Shown here piece by piece: positions 36,486 to 44,133 of a DNA stretch of 64,000 bases. The stretch is from the IMG/VR virus record IMGVR_UViG_3300030330_005745, positions 1 to 64,000 of that record. One strand, written 5' to 3'. The notes beneath the pieces were generated by a model. The model made no database searches. It had not been told where the DNA came from and saw only the letters and a list, made by a program, of their open reading frames with translations. The first letter of the stretch is position 1; each line of letters starts with the position of its first letter. This stretch comes from a virus. Taxonomy: Duplodnaviria > Caudoviricetes. A program made the position numbers and the translations under genes.

Positions 36486-38276
36486 TCAGGACTTTAGTTG
36501 TTCCTCACGGACGTGCAACGCTTCCTTGAATGCATGTTCAACATTGGAACGTTCAACATCATCAAGACGTTTGTTACCTACATCCGCAATTTGAACAACG
36601 CTCATCACACCGTTGTCAACCGTTAGTTGAATGGTGTAACGAGGTTTGTTCTCGATCATGCACAAGATGATGAGATGTTTCATCTTCTTGATTCCTTCTG
36701 CATATCCATGTCCACCACCAACGCAGTTACGTACGGCACGGCCCCACGCAGCAAGTTGGTGTGTGTCATGCGGTTGGAAGAACGAGAAGTAACCATCGCC
36801 AGGTAGGGTGCCTGACTGTGTGTGGTTGATTACATCGTTGAAAGGGATACGCATGGGGTTTGGAAACAATTTCTGTGGTAGATCAATGTTGGGGTTGGTG
36901 ATCTTCCAGGTCTCTGCCATGAGATGGTCATGCCATTCCTGGAGACGCCAACGCTTTGGCTTGATGTTGTCGAGCCGACCGGATGCAATGCATTGGGTCA
37001 GCATCTGATAGGTATCACGCCAAAGATGGAAGTAAATATGTATGTTGCCTGTCTTACTATCTGTGCTGATGTATTCTCTTTCTTCTAGTTCACGTTGGTA
37101 ATACGTGTGCATCATGTTGAGGTATGACTCAACAGGAAGATTGTCACGCATCCATTGTTTACCTGTATCACTGTGATAACCAGGAAATTCACAGCAACGC
37201 AACCAGTTGTACCTGGAATGAAGCAGGTTTAGATCCATGTCACGATAAATAGCTTTAACGTGATGCATTGAATCAATAAACTGATTAAGAATTGCATACG
37301 GTCTGACAAGAAGCCTGACATCATATTCATCTTTTTCAGTTTCTTCTTCATGGATGGCAAAGGTATCTTTCATGGCTTGTGCCACCATTGATCTAAACCA
37401 TTTAGCGGACCACACATCTTCTAACCAAGGACCACTCCAACGTTTACGTAATAGATCAATAATGGTATCAACATCGTGAACATAATCATCGCCTCCAGAC
37501 AACCACTTAGGCCTTGAATAAGACCCCGACATAATTTTTGTGAAGGTACAATTTGCTGGGTTCAAACGTTTGAAATAATGAGCATTATTATTGCCGATAA
37601 ATGTAGGGATACCTTTAAGTAATTCTGCTTGCCATTTATTAATAGCCTTTGAAATTTCATGAGTAGCACCCCAGGTGTTGATGCGATGAGTTTCGGTTAC
37701 TTTCCTCCAATAACTACCGGTGTAACCATCAACAAACTCATCTTTGGTAAAGAATAAAGTTTTGCGATACCAGAAGGTACGGCCATCTTTGATGCGTGGG
37801 AGCATGTCATCTTGTGTGCCATGCACATGATCAAACATTCCTTTATTGACATAACTGCCTTTAGCAATAAAACGTTCATCGCATTGCTTACGTGCTGCAG
37901 CTGTATCTTTGAAGGTAAAGCTAAGGCCATAGACATAGCCATCATCTTTACGTCGTGGTATCCAGGCAGCAACCCACAGTTGTTTGTGGTAGTAAATAAC
38001 TGCCACAGGTTTAGGTTCTTCACCGAAGACAGGCTTGGTAATTAGGTGTACCTTTCCTTGTTTGACAGACTTTGAATTGATGTTGTCAACAACTTCGTTC
38101 CAAGTTCTGTCGTTGACGATGTCAGATGGGATAAGGTTCGAGGGCCTGCCGTTGGGATGTGTATTCTTCTTTTTGGCTTTGCGATCTTCTGCAGCCATGA
38201 CAGCTGCAAGTTTCTTGCGGGTTTGGTCATAGCCTGCAACTTCAAGTGCAAGCTGATCGGGGAGATTGAAATGCAT
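36486..38276 (-). CDS. PcfJ-domain protein
   Basis: C-terminal QLAAWGRAVRNCVGG...YTIQL...QIADVGN pattern. Confidence 0.75.
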   Translation of the reverse strand: MHFNLPDQLALEVAGYDQTRKKLAAVMAAEDRKAKKKNTHPNGRPSNLIPSDIVNDRTWNEVVDNINSKSVKQGKVHLITKPVFGEEPKPVAVIYYHKQLWVAAWIPRRKDDGYVYGLSFTFKDTAAARKQCDERFIAKGSYVNKGMFDHVHGTQDDMLPRIKDGRTFWYRKTLFFTKDEFVDGYTGSYWRKVTETHRINTWGATHEISKAINKWQAELLKGIPTFIGNNNAHYFKRLNPANCTFTKIMSGSYSRPKWLSGGDDYVHDVDTIIDLLRKRWSGPWLEDVWSAKWFRSMVAQAMKDTFAIHEEETEKDEYDVRLLVRPYAILNQFIDSMHHVKAIYRDMDLNLLHSRYNWLRCCEFPGYHSDTGKQWMRDNLPVESYLNMMHTYYQRELEEREYISTDSKTGNIHIYFHLWRDTYQMLTQCIASGRLDNIKPKRWRLQEWHDHLMAETWKITNPNIDLPQKLFPNPMRIPFNDVINHTQSGTLPGDGYFSFFQPHDTHQLAAWGRAVRNCVGGGHGYAEGIKKMKHLIILCMIENKPRYTIQLTVDNGVMSVVQIADVGNKRLDDVERSNVEHAFKEALHVREEQLKS

Positions 38277-38298
38277 GATGTTGTGTAGGTATGAGAAA

Positions 38299-38326
38299 GG
38301 GGCAGTTTAGTGTCATGCCCAGGACA
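38299..38326 (-). ncRNA. Pseudoknot leader motif, copy 4
   Basis: UGUC-CUGGGCAU-GACA-CUAAAC-UGCCC. Confidence 0.75.
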
Positions 38327-38332
38327 TTTGAG

Positions 38333-38590
38333 TCAGTCTAGATACCGATCGGATGTGTCAATGACTTTCCAGTTAAGGTCAAGATCATCAACGTAACGGA
38401 GGAAAGCAGCTCCATCGTGGGGGAATGGTACCTCTGGATCAACTGCAAAGCTTGCTTCGCATAGTGCCGGGCCGTATTCAGCAGGTTCAAGCATAGTTTG
38501 TGCATGGACAAGAACCATGTCTTCAACCGTTGCTTCCACATAGACACGTTGATCGTCAAAGGTAGTTTCATGGATTGAGATAACAGCCAT
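38333..38590 (-). CDS. Early hypothetical protein
   Basis: 85 aa, acidic; EPAEYGPALC. Confidence 0.65.
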   Translation of the reverse strand: MAVISIHETTFDDQRVYVEATVEDMVLVHAQTMLEPAEYGPALCEASFAVDPEVPFPHDGAAFLRYVDDLDLNWKVIDTSDRYLD

Positions 38591-38853
38591 TAGTTGATCT
38601 GTTTGCGAACGGTCAGATGTTTGACCATGGCATAACCCATGGAATGAATCGATGAATCCTTCGATGCAAAGATCCCATTGGGACCATACTCCTCAAAGTA
38701 TTCTTCGAAGGCATCAATGATGCGTTGCCTGTTGCTCATGTCTGCAGTTCTGTATGCAGCCATAAGTTTTTGAGCAAAGCCGCCACCGTAGGTTTCGATG
38801 CGTTGGACAGTTGCTTCGATCGTTGGATCGGTAGGTGTGAGCTTGTTGAGCAT
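38590..38853 (-). CDS. Early hypothetical protein (YGGGF motif)
   Basis: IETYGGGFAQKLMAAYRTADMSNRQRIIDAF, a pattern common in small phage proteins. Confidence 0.65.
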   Translation of the reverse strand: MLNKLTPTDPTIEATVQRIETYGGGFAQKLMAAYRTADMSNRQRIIDAFEEYFEEYGPNGIFASKDSSIHSMGYAMVKHLTVRKQIN

Positions 38854-38861
38854 GAGTTGAT

Positions 38862-39059
38862 TTAGAACAGTTTGATGTTGCGCTTGGACAGGCCAGTGCC
38901 CGGGATTCCAACGGAACCACGGACACCAGACCCACGAACATTCATTGTGAACAAGAATGGTCCAAGCTTGATTGATTTGCTGAATGACTTCACACCACGT
39001 TCAGTGATGTTGAAGCCACCGACAGTTTTGTCGAAGTTGAATGCAGATCTTTTAGTCAT
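38862..39059 (-). CDS. DUF4236-like small basic protein
   Basis: FSKSIKLGP...SVGIPGTGLS. Confidence 0.7.
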   Translation of the reverse strand: MTKRSAFNFDKTVGGFNITERGVKSFSKSIKLGPFLFTMNVRGSGVRGSVGIPGTGLSKRNIKLF

Positions 39060-39393
39060 TTAGTGGAATACTTTTGCGTTTAAATGGTTCAGTCCAGGGA
39101 GTACGATGATCCATGTAAATAATGTCATCGGTATGTGAGGTGACGTCACCTTTGTAAGCTTTGAAGAAATAACGATCAGCTTCTTTGTACTTTGGTACAA
39201 AACAAGACTCACTGGCAAATTCCCAGTCAGCAAGCTGACAACAAAGCTCTTCATAAACTTCAAAAGGATCTTGTCTTTGATCTTGGAACTTTTGATTCCA
39301 AGCGTCAAAATCCCCCCTGGTCATTACAGCTTCTTCAATAATTGGAACAAGTCTGTAATGAACAAGAGTTACAAGTTCTTGTTTGTCTGTCAT
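39052..39393 (-). CDS. Early hypothetical protein
   Basis: 113-aa ORF in a coupled run. Confidence 0.55.
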   Translation of the reverse strand: MTDKQELVTLVHYRLVPIIEEAVMTRGDFDAWNQKFQDQRQDPFEVYEELCCQLADWEFASESCFVPKYKEADRYFFKAYKGDVTSHTDDIIYMDHRTPWTEPFKRKSIPLND

Positions 39394-39680
39394 TGTTTGT
39401 CGGGATTGAGAGCGTCAGGCAGGATGTACCTTGGATCATCCTTTTCCATGTTCGACATAACGAACACTTCTCCTGTATTTGGATCAAGGAATCCACCGAT
39501 GAATCCTGCGCCGCAAGAGTCAGCTTTTTCCCTGAGTTGTGCAGTGAGCTGCATCATGCGCAGCTTGGTGGACTGTGGAGTGTTGTCCGGTACAGCAGGT
39601 TGGTTTGGCATAGTGAAATCAGGTGTAGGAATGGTGAATGAATGAGCAGTGTAGGCGGTGGTTTCACCGATGATTAACAT
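39390..39680 (-). CDS. Early hypothetical protein
   Basis: 96-aa ORF (GFIGGFLDP); start uncertain. Confidence 0.55.
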   Translation of the reverse strand: MLIIGETTAYTAHSFTIPTPDFTMPNQPAVPDNTPQSTKLRMMQLTAQLREKADSCGAGFIGGFLDPNTGEVFVMSNMEKDDPRYILPDALNPDKQ

Positions 39681-39737
39681 AGAACTTTAGCTTTTCTTAA
39701 GGATGCCGAAGACAAAGGCCCCGACATCCCAAGGTAT

Positions 39738-39980
39738 CTACTTGTAATGCAGTTGTCTAGTCCTGTAATCCAAGACGCTTTCCGTCCATGTGGAATCAGG
39801 ATGATCAAGGACAGCACGGCGGGCTTTTTCGACGGCCTCTTCCGTGCCACCACAGTTCAACATCAATGCAACAGCAGTGTCTAGGTCTGCGAGCAGATGT
39901 GAGACAGCATTTGGAAGTCCACGGGGTATAGTTCTACCTTTCTGTTCGTAATACTCAGTGATGTAGTCAGGATAATCCAT
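39738..39980 (-). CDS. Early hypothetical protein
   Basis: 80-aa ORF. Confidence 0.55.
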   Translation of the reverse strand: MDYPDYITEYYEQKGRTIPRGLPNAVSHLLADLDTAVALMLNCGGTEEAVEKARRAVLDHPDSTWTESVLDYRTRQLHYK

Positions 39981-40196
39981 GAGATGAAGAAGAAAGATTG
40001 AAGGGTTATCTATAAGAACTAAAAGATATCTTGGTACTCTCCCTGCGGGGGTCCGGGGGGATTGATTCTTCTACTTCGATCAATCCCATGTTCTTACCTT
40101 CTGTATCAATCTGTGATGCCAGATGTCTTGCAAATGCACCACGTCTTCTTGGATTGAAGACTGTCTTCTTGGGCTTGTTTGTCCTGGGACGTGCCA

Positions 40197-40553
40197 TCAA
40201 ATTAAAGCGAGGATGGTCAGCCAACTATCGGGGTGGTCAGGTTCGACTTCATCGTCTGCCGGTGTTAAGCAGGTTGAATCGAGTGCCCACTCCTCGATTT
40301 CTCCGTTGGAAGGGACAGGGTACCATCCTTCGAGCGAGTCCTCGATGTTTTCTGGCTTCCAGTAACACTGGAGTTTGCCACTTGGGTCTTTGAAGACACA
40401 GCCCGTGATCGGGTGCGTGTTTTCGTCTTCTTGGTTGTAGAGGAGCGGGTCGTAGTTGACTTCTGCGGGGAACTGCTCTTGGCACTCCTCTTCTGTGAAG
40501 GGGACGTAACCGGTGAGTTCTTCTGCGATGCGTTTGGTTTCTGGATGAAGCAT
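40197..40553 (-). CDS. Acidic early protein
   Basis: 118 aa; EIEEWALDSTCLTPADDEVEPDHPDSWL. Confidence 0.7.
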   Translation of the reverse strand: MLHPETKRIAEELTGYVPFTEEECQEQFPAEVNYDPLLYNQEDENTHPITGCVFKDPSGKLQCYWKPENIEDSLEGWYPVPSNGEIEEWALDSTCLTPADDEVEPDHPDSWLTILALI

Positions 40554-40642
40554 GAGATCAACTCCGTGATGATGATTGAGATGATGACAATGATGTGCAG
40601 GATGACATCATCGTGTGTGTCATTCTTGGTGGTAGTCGGCAT
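40265..40642 (-). CDS. Overprinted ORF: N-terminal TM helix plus Ser/Thr/Lys/Arg-rich tail
   Basis: MPTTTKNDTHDDVILHIIVIISIIITELISCFIQ...; TM segment fills the gap between two genes. Confidence 0.4.
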   Translation of the reverse strand: MPTTTKNDTHDDVILHIIVIISIIITELISCFIQKPNASQKNSPVTSPSQKRSAKSSSPQKSTTTRSSTTKKTKTRTRSRAVSSKTQVANSSVTGSQKTSRTRSKDGTLSLPTEKSRSGHSIQPA

Positions 40643-40796
40643 CGCCTGCCACCTCCTCTGACATGAGTTCTTGCATGAGCTGTTCTTGCTCGTTGGCAAT
40701 GTCGTTGAGAACGAATTGCTGGTCTTGGGTGTACTCAGTTTTGACAGCATCGTTGAGACGTTGCTGGTCGAGTAGCCAGGTCTTGATAAGAGACAT
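40620..40796 (-). CDS. 58-aa acidic protein
   Basis: Hand translation MSLIKTWLLDQQRLNDAVKTEY...EEVAGDADYHQE. Confidence 0.6.
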   Translation of the reverse strand: MSLIKTWLLDQQRLNDAVKTEYTQDQQFVLNDIANEQEQLMQELMSEEVAGDADYHQE

Positions 40797-40819
40797 GATG
40801 TGAAATGGTATAGGTCAGT

Positions 40820-40846
40820 GAGTAGTTTAAGGACGTGCTCAGGTCC
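40820..40846 (-). ncRNA. Pseudoknot leader motif, copy 5
   Basis: GGAC-CUGAGCAC-GUCC-UUAAAC-UACUC. Confidence 0.68.
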
Positions 40847-41260
40847 ATTGGTCAGTCACTGTAGTGTTGTTTGAGTTTGTGATAATTGGCATTCACCCAC
40901 TCATCCAAGCCATACATGACGATTTGAATTGGATCTTGACCGGATAATTCTCCGAGTTCAATCAATCGATCCATTGTTCTTTGTGAATAAAGAATCTGCT
41001 GGAGAAGTTCGTTTGATTCAGTCATCGGAGTAGTCCGCGCAGATGATCTGGCACAGGACTTTACCCGGGAAGTTGTCGTGGAATTTGGCATAAGCTTGAC
41101 CGATAGTAGAACCACTGACCTTGTAGAAGTGTCGCGATTGCATCGGTTGCTCACCGACATCAGCTTGGTCGACGTACATGATTTCCCAATCGCGTACGTC
41201 TCCTTCCGGGCCAGGATTTAGTGATTGATACGGCATAGATTGTGTGCAACCACACACATC

Positions 41261-41518
41261 CTAGTCAGCCGTATGTCTTGTGATTGGAAGGTCATACTTC
41301 TCAATCAACATTGACTCAAATTGAGCCAATACTTTTACCTTGGAACCTTTGAAGCCGTACTCTTTCTTCACAGTTGAATACACACTGGGAAGGTTACGAG
41401 ACAGCTTCATGCCTTTGGTTTCAAGCAGTAAAGCTTTGTGGAGAGTGAGAAGTCTGAACTTGGAGGTGTCATCGCCAGTAATAACGAAGCCACCGTCGTC
41501 ATAGGTTTGAATAGCCAT
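41261..41518 (-). CDS. Early basic hypothetical protein
   Basis: 85 aa; LLLETKGMKLSR. Confidence 0.65.
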   Translation of the reverse strand: MAIQTYDDGGFVITGDDTSKFRLLTLHKALLLETKGMKLSRNLPSVYSTVKKEYGFKGSKVKVLAQFESMLIEKYDLPITRHTAD

Positions 41519-41519
41519 G

Positions 41520-41542
41520 AAAAAACCCGGCGTGTGCCGGGT
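41520..41542 (-). terminator. Terminator-like hairpin abutting a start codon
   Basis: ACCCGG/CCGGGU stem plus U tract, then C-AUG. Confidence 0.7.
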
Positions 41543-41566
41543 GGTAGTGTGTGAGTTAGTTGAAAG

Positions 41567-42010
41567 TTACACCGTTACATGACGCCATGCACGGTTCGCA
41601 TGGATGTTTGCAATGGTGTCTTTAGATACGCTGTAGCCTTGAGCAATGTCCATGTAAGCTTTGTGCTTACTGCCGTACTCTTTCATCATCCCTTGGTTGT
41701 TCAAGATCTCTTTGATCTCACGAACGTCAGACTCAGAGAGCTTGGGGTTACCACGACGGCCAGTCTTGGAGTCGTTGGTGATTTTGGACACCAGCATCTT
41801 GACTGGTGCAGAGGGATGAATTTGTTTGGTGGTGTCTGGTGCCTCGATCAGATCTGCGATTGGTGCTGCGAGAGCAAACTTCAGATCCATGGTGCGTGCT
41901 CCCTTCTTAATGGAGAAGGTAACGCTGCTGTCATTGCTGATAACGCAGACGTGATCAGGGGTGGAGACGTTGATTTCGGACAAGTTGTCCATGGGATTTG
42001 TCGAGTACAT
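41567..42010 (-). CDS. Protein with a C-terminal HNH-associated HTH
   Basis: GNPKLSESDVREIK...IAQGYSVSKDTIANIHANRAWRHV. Confidence 0.7.
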   Translation of the reverse strand: MYSTNPMDNLSEINVSTPDHVCVISNDSSVTFSIKKGARTMDLKFALAAPIADLIEAPDTTKQIHPSAPVKMLVSKITNDSKTGRRGNPKLSESDVREIKEILNNQGMMKEYGSKHKAYMDIAQGYSVSKDTIANIHANRAWRHVTV

Positions 42011-42095
42011 GCAAAAGATAGTGAGTCTTGGGAGTAAAGCAACCCCTGCTTACGAGCTGTTGTAATAGTGATGGGCGCAAGCAGGGGGAGGGGGT

Positions 42096-42290
42096 CTACT
42101 GTGCGAGATAGCTGATATGGATGCAGTATTTGGCATCACCCAGGAAAGACTTGTAGGTCACAAGTCTGTGGTAGTCAGCCATTCGTTTGCATGTTGCCGT
42201 TTCATGGGCGTTCATGGCTTTCTGCCCCACAATGACGAGGAGAAAACCAAGACCAGCACCAAGAAGGACGGCGGTTATGGGCTTAGTCAT
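42096..42290 (-). CDS. Small membrane-anchored early protein
   Basis: N-terminal TM helix, 64 aa. Confidence 0.6.
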   Translation of the reverse strand: MTKPITAVLLGAGLGFLLVIVGQKAMNAHETATCKRMADYHRLVTYKSFLGDAKYCIHISYLAQ

Positions 42291-42319
42291 GAGCTAGTGA
42301 CTGTTAAGAAAAGATTAAG

Positions 42320-42728
42320 CAGGATGGTGAGTCCTGCAGAGAAGGCCCGAAGGCCCTCAGTGCAGAAGTCAATCAACTGACCGTAGAACTTCAATGATCC
42401 AACGACAAGTCTTTGCTTTGTCGAGATCAATTGCTTCATCTATGAATTGATAGTCATACCATTTATCATCGACACAGAAATCGATGCATCCACTTTTCAG
42501 ATGAGCTCTTGGAATGTTCTTCCAATTTGATTCTTCATTTACATTGATAGAAAAGAATGCAAACAGAACACCACATTTAGAAACTTGTAGTTCAAAATCT
42601 TCATCAAAGGCATTGATCCATTCAGTTTGTCTAATAACTTCTTTGAGAGAGCCACGGGTCATGAGATGCTTTGCAATGTAATACAGGATGTTGAGTCCTG
42701 CAGAGAAGGCCCGAAGGCCCTCAGTGCA
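42320..42728 (-). repeat. Two 45-nt direct repeats (1 mismatch) forming UUCG hairpins and flanking one gene
   Basis: CAGGATG(G/T)TGAGTCCTGCAGAGAAGGCCCGAAGGCCCTCAGTGCA at 42320-42364 and 42684-42728. Confidence 0.9.
42369..42662 (-). CDS. AT-rich early hypothetical protein between the repeats
   Basis: Start placed at MTRGSLKE, 97 aa. Confidence 0.6.
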   Translation of the reverse strand: MTRGSLKEVIRQTEWINAFDEDFELQVSKCGVLFAFFSINVNEESNWKNIPRAHLKSGCIDFCVDDKWYDYQFIDEAIDLDKAKTCRWIIEVLRSVD

Positions 42729-42732
42729 AGAG

Positions 42733-43131
42733 TCAGAGACTTGCCGCTTGTTCAGGCGTAAGCTCTTTGGAGAACGGTTTGTCGGCCTTGGGTTGTGGCT
42801 TGGAGCCAAAGATGTACTGCTGCACGGTCATCTGCAGCTCTGGCTTTTGGAGTGGCTTTAGCTCATCGTCCTTCATGTAGAAGGCACGGATTGCTTTGAT
42901 GCGACCCATGAGTGTCAGCTCCTGACCGGTCTGCAGGTTGCCGTTGCGGTATGCAGTGAGCAACCCATTGCTGTTGGTGAAGTGAACACATGCAGTAATC
43001 TCATCACTGAGATTGGTGTACACCTTGACAGACAAGAAGTTCTGGTCGTTGTACTCAACCTCTTCGAGATTGGCAACACGACCGTGTACCGTCAGCTGTT
43101 GAGCGTCGGGATACTTGATGGATTCAGTCAT
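42733..43131 (-). CDS. Second SSB-like OB-fold protein
   Basis: LTVHGRVAN...LQTGQELTLMGRI pattern. Confidence 0.6.
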   Translation of the reverse strand: MTESIKYPDAQQLTVHGRVANLEEVEYNDQNFLSVKVYTNLSDEITACVHFTNSNGLLTAYRNGNLQTGQELTLMGRIKAIRAFYMKDDELKPLQKPELQMTVQQYIFGSKPQPKADKPFSKELTPEQAASL

Positions 43132-43220
43132 GGTTTGAACTGAGGTAGTGTGCTGGAGCCCATCCCAGCTTTGGGCAATAACTGCCGAAGGGTTTGCACC
43201 TTCGGACCCGCTTGTACGGA

Positions 43221-43358
43221 TCAGTTGGGTTCAATGAAGCGTGCAATCTTGCGACGCACGTCATTAGTTTTCCTGATCAATTGTTCCTTTGATCTGTCAT
43301 GCTGCAGCTTGTGTGCTGCTGCGATCAGACCGGAGGCAATGGTCTTGCGAATTCCCAT
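43221..43358 (-). CDS. 45-aa basic early protein
   Basis: MGIRKTIASGLIAAAHKLQHDRSKEQLIRK... Confidence 0.55.
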   Translation of the reverse strand: MGIRKTIASGLIAAAHKLQHDRSKEQLIRKTNDVRRKIARFIEPN

Positions 43359-43385
43359 GGTGAATAAAGAATCAGAATGAATGAT

Positions 43386-43418
43386 CTTGGACTTACTTGT
43401 GATACTCACAATGCCAAG
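43386..43418 (-). ncRNA. CAU/WGUAAGU internal-loop hairpin, copy 3
   Basis: CUUGG-CAU-UGUGA...UCACA-AGUAAGU-CCAAG. Confidence 0.65.
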
Positions 43419-43771
43419 TTGACTTACAGTTCTACGCCGCGCCGGGTAGGCGAAGGCTCTAAATCCGATCTCATGCGCAATAATTACGATGAAAACGCCA
43501 GTATTTATACTCAAATTCAATCATTTCTATCTAATTGTTGTGGAATGGTGACATAAACACGGCTAATCGAAGGGTTCGCACTGCACATCGAAGGCAGTAC
43601 ATGGTACCCATGCCGTAGTTTCTTTTTTTTCCTTACACATGCGCAATCGGACAGGCGGTGGGAGAACCGTCAGGTAAATTTGTTCCCTATTCGAGACATA
43701 TAGGGGTCCAAACTTTTAAGTAAAAATGCGATTTTGTACGTAAACCGGGGACTTTGCCCAAGAAAACACAC

Positions 43772-43796
43772 AAAAAAACCAGGTATTTCTACCTGG
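43772..43796 (-). terminator. Intrinsic terminator
   Basis: CCAGGU/ACCUGG stem plus U7 after gene 43823..44035. Confidence 0.65.
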
Positions 43797-43822
43797 CCAT
43801 AATTTAAATTTTCAAAAAATTA

Positions 43823-44035
43823 TTATTCTCCCTGTTTGCGCCTATATGCGATCACCGCTTTGGCAGCTTTTTGGAATGCATCCTCGTCAGGCAACTCATA
43901 TGCCAGTTCTTTCTTGGCGGAAGTAACGAAGTCCCGCACTTCGAGGGAGTCTTTACCCTCTGCAGCCATACTTAATGCTTTATTTTTGATGGCTTCCAGG
44001 CCTTCAACCCGTTTTTGGCGCGTACCTGCGTCCAT
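43823..44035 (-). CDS. Small helical protein
   Basis: 70 aa, divergent from the virion arm. Confidence 0.65.
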   Translation of the reverse strand: MDAGTRQKRVEGLEAIKNKALSMAAEGKDSLEVRDFVTSAKKELAYELPDEDAFQKAAKAVIAYRRKQGE

Positions 44036-44133
44036 TTCCTGGTTCTTTACAGTATTCTCTAAATATAACCGTCCTATTTCTTGGATTTCTCAAGAATAGA
44101 ATGTGTGAAGGCAAATAAACAGCTATAAGGGCT

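Noticed and set aside
26670-40846. Pistol ribozyme, preQ1-I or SAM-II identity for the pseudoknot motif
   Set aside because: It shares only the generic hairpin-AAA-pseudoknot layout and lacks the P2/P3 and conserved cores of those classes.
42320-42728. Hammerhead ribozyme
   Set aside because: CUGAG is present, but the CUGANGA and GAAA core is incomplete on both strands.
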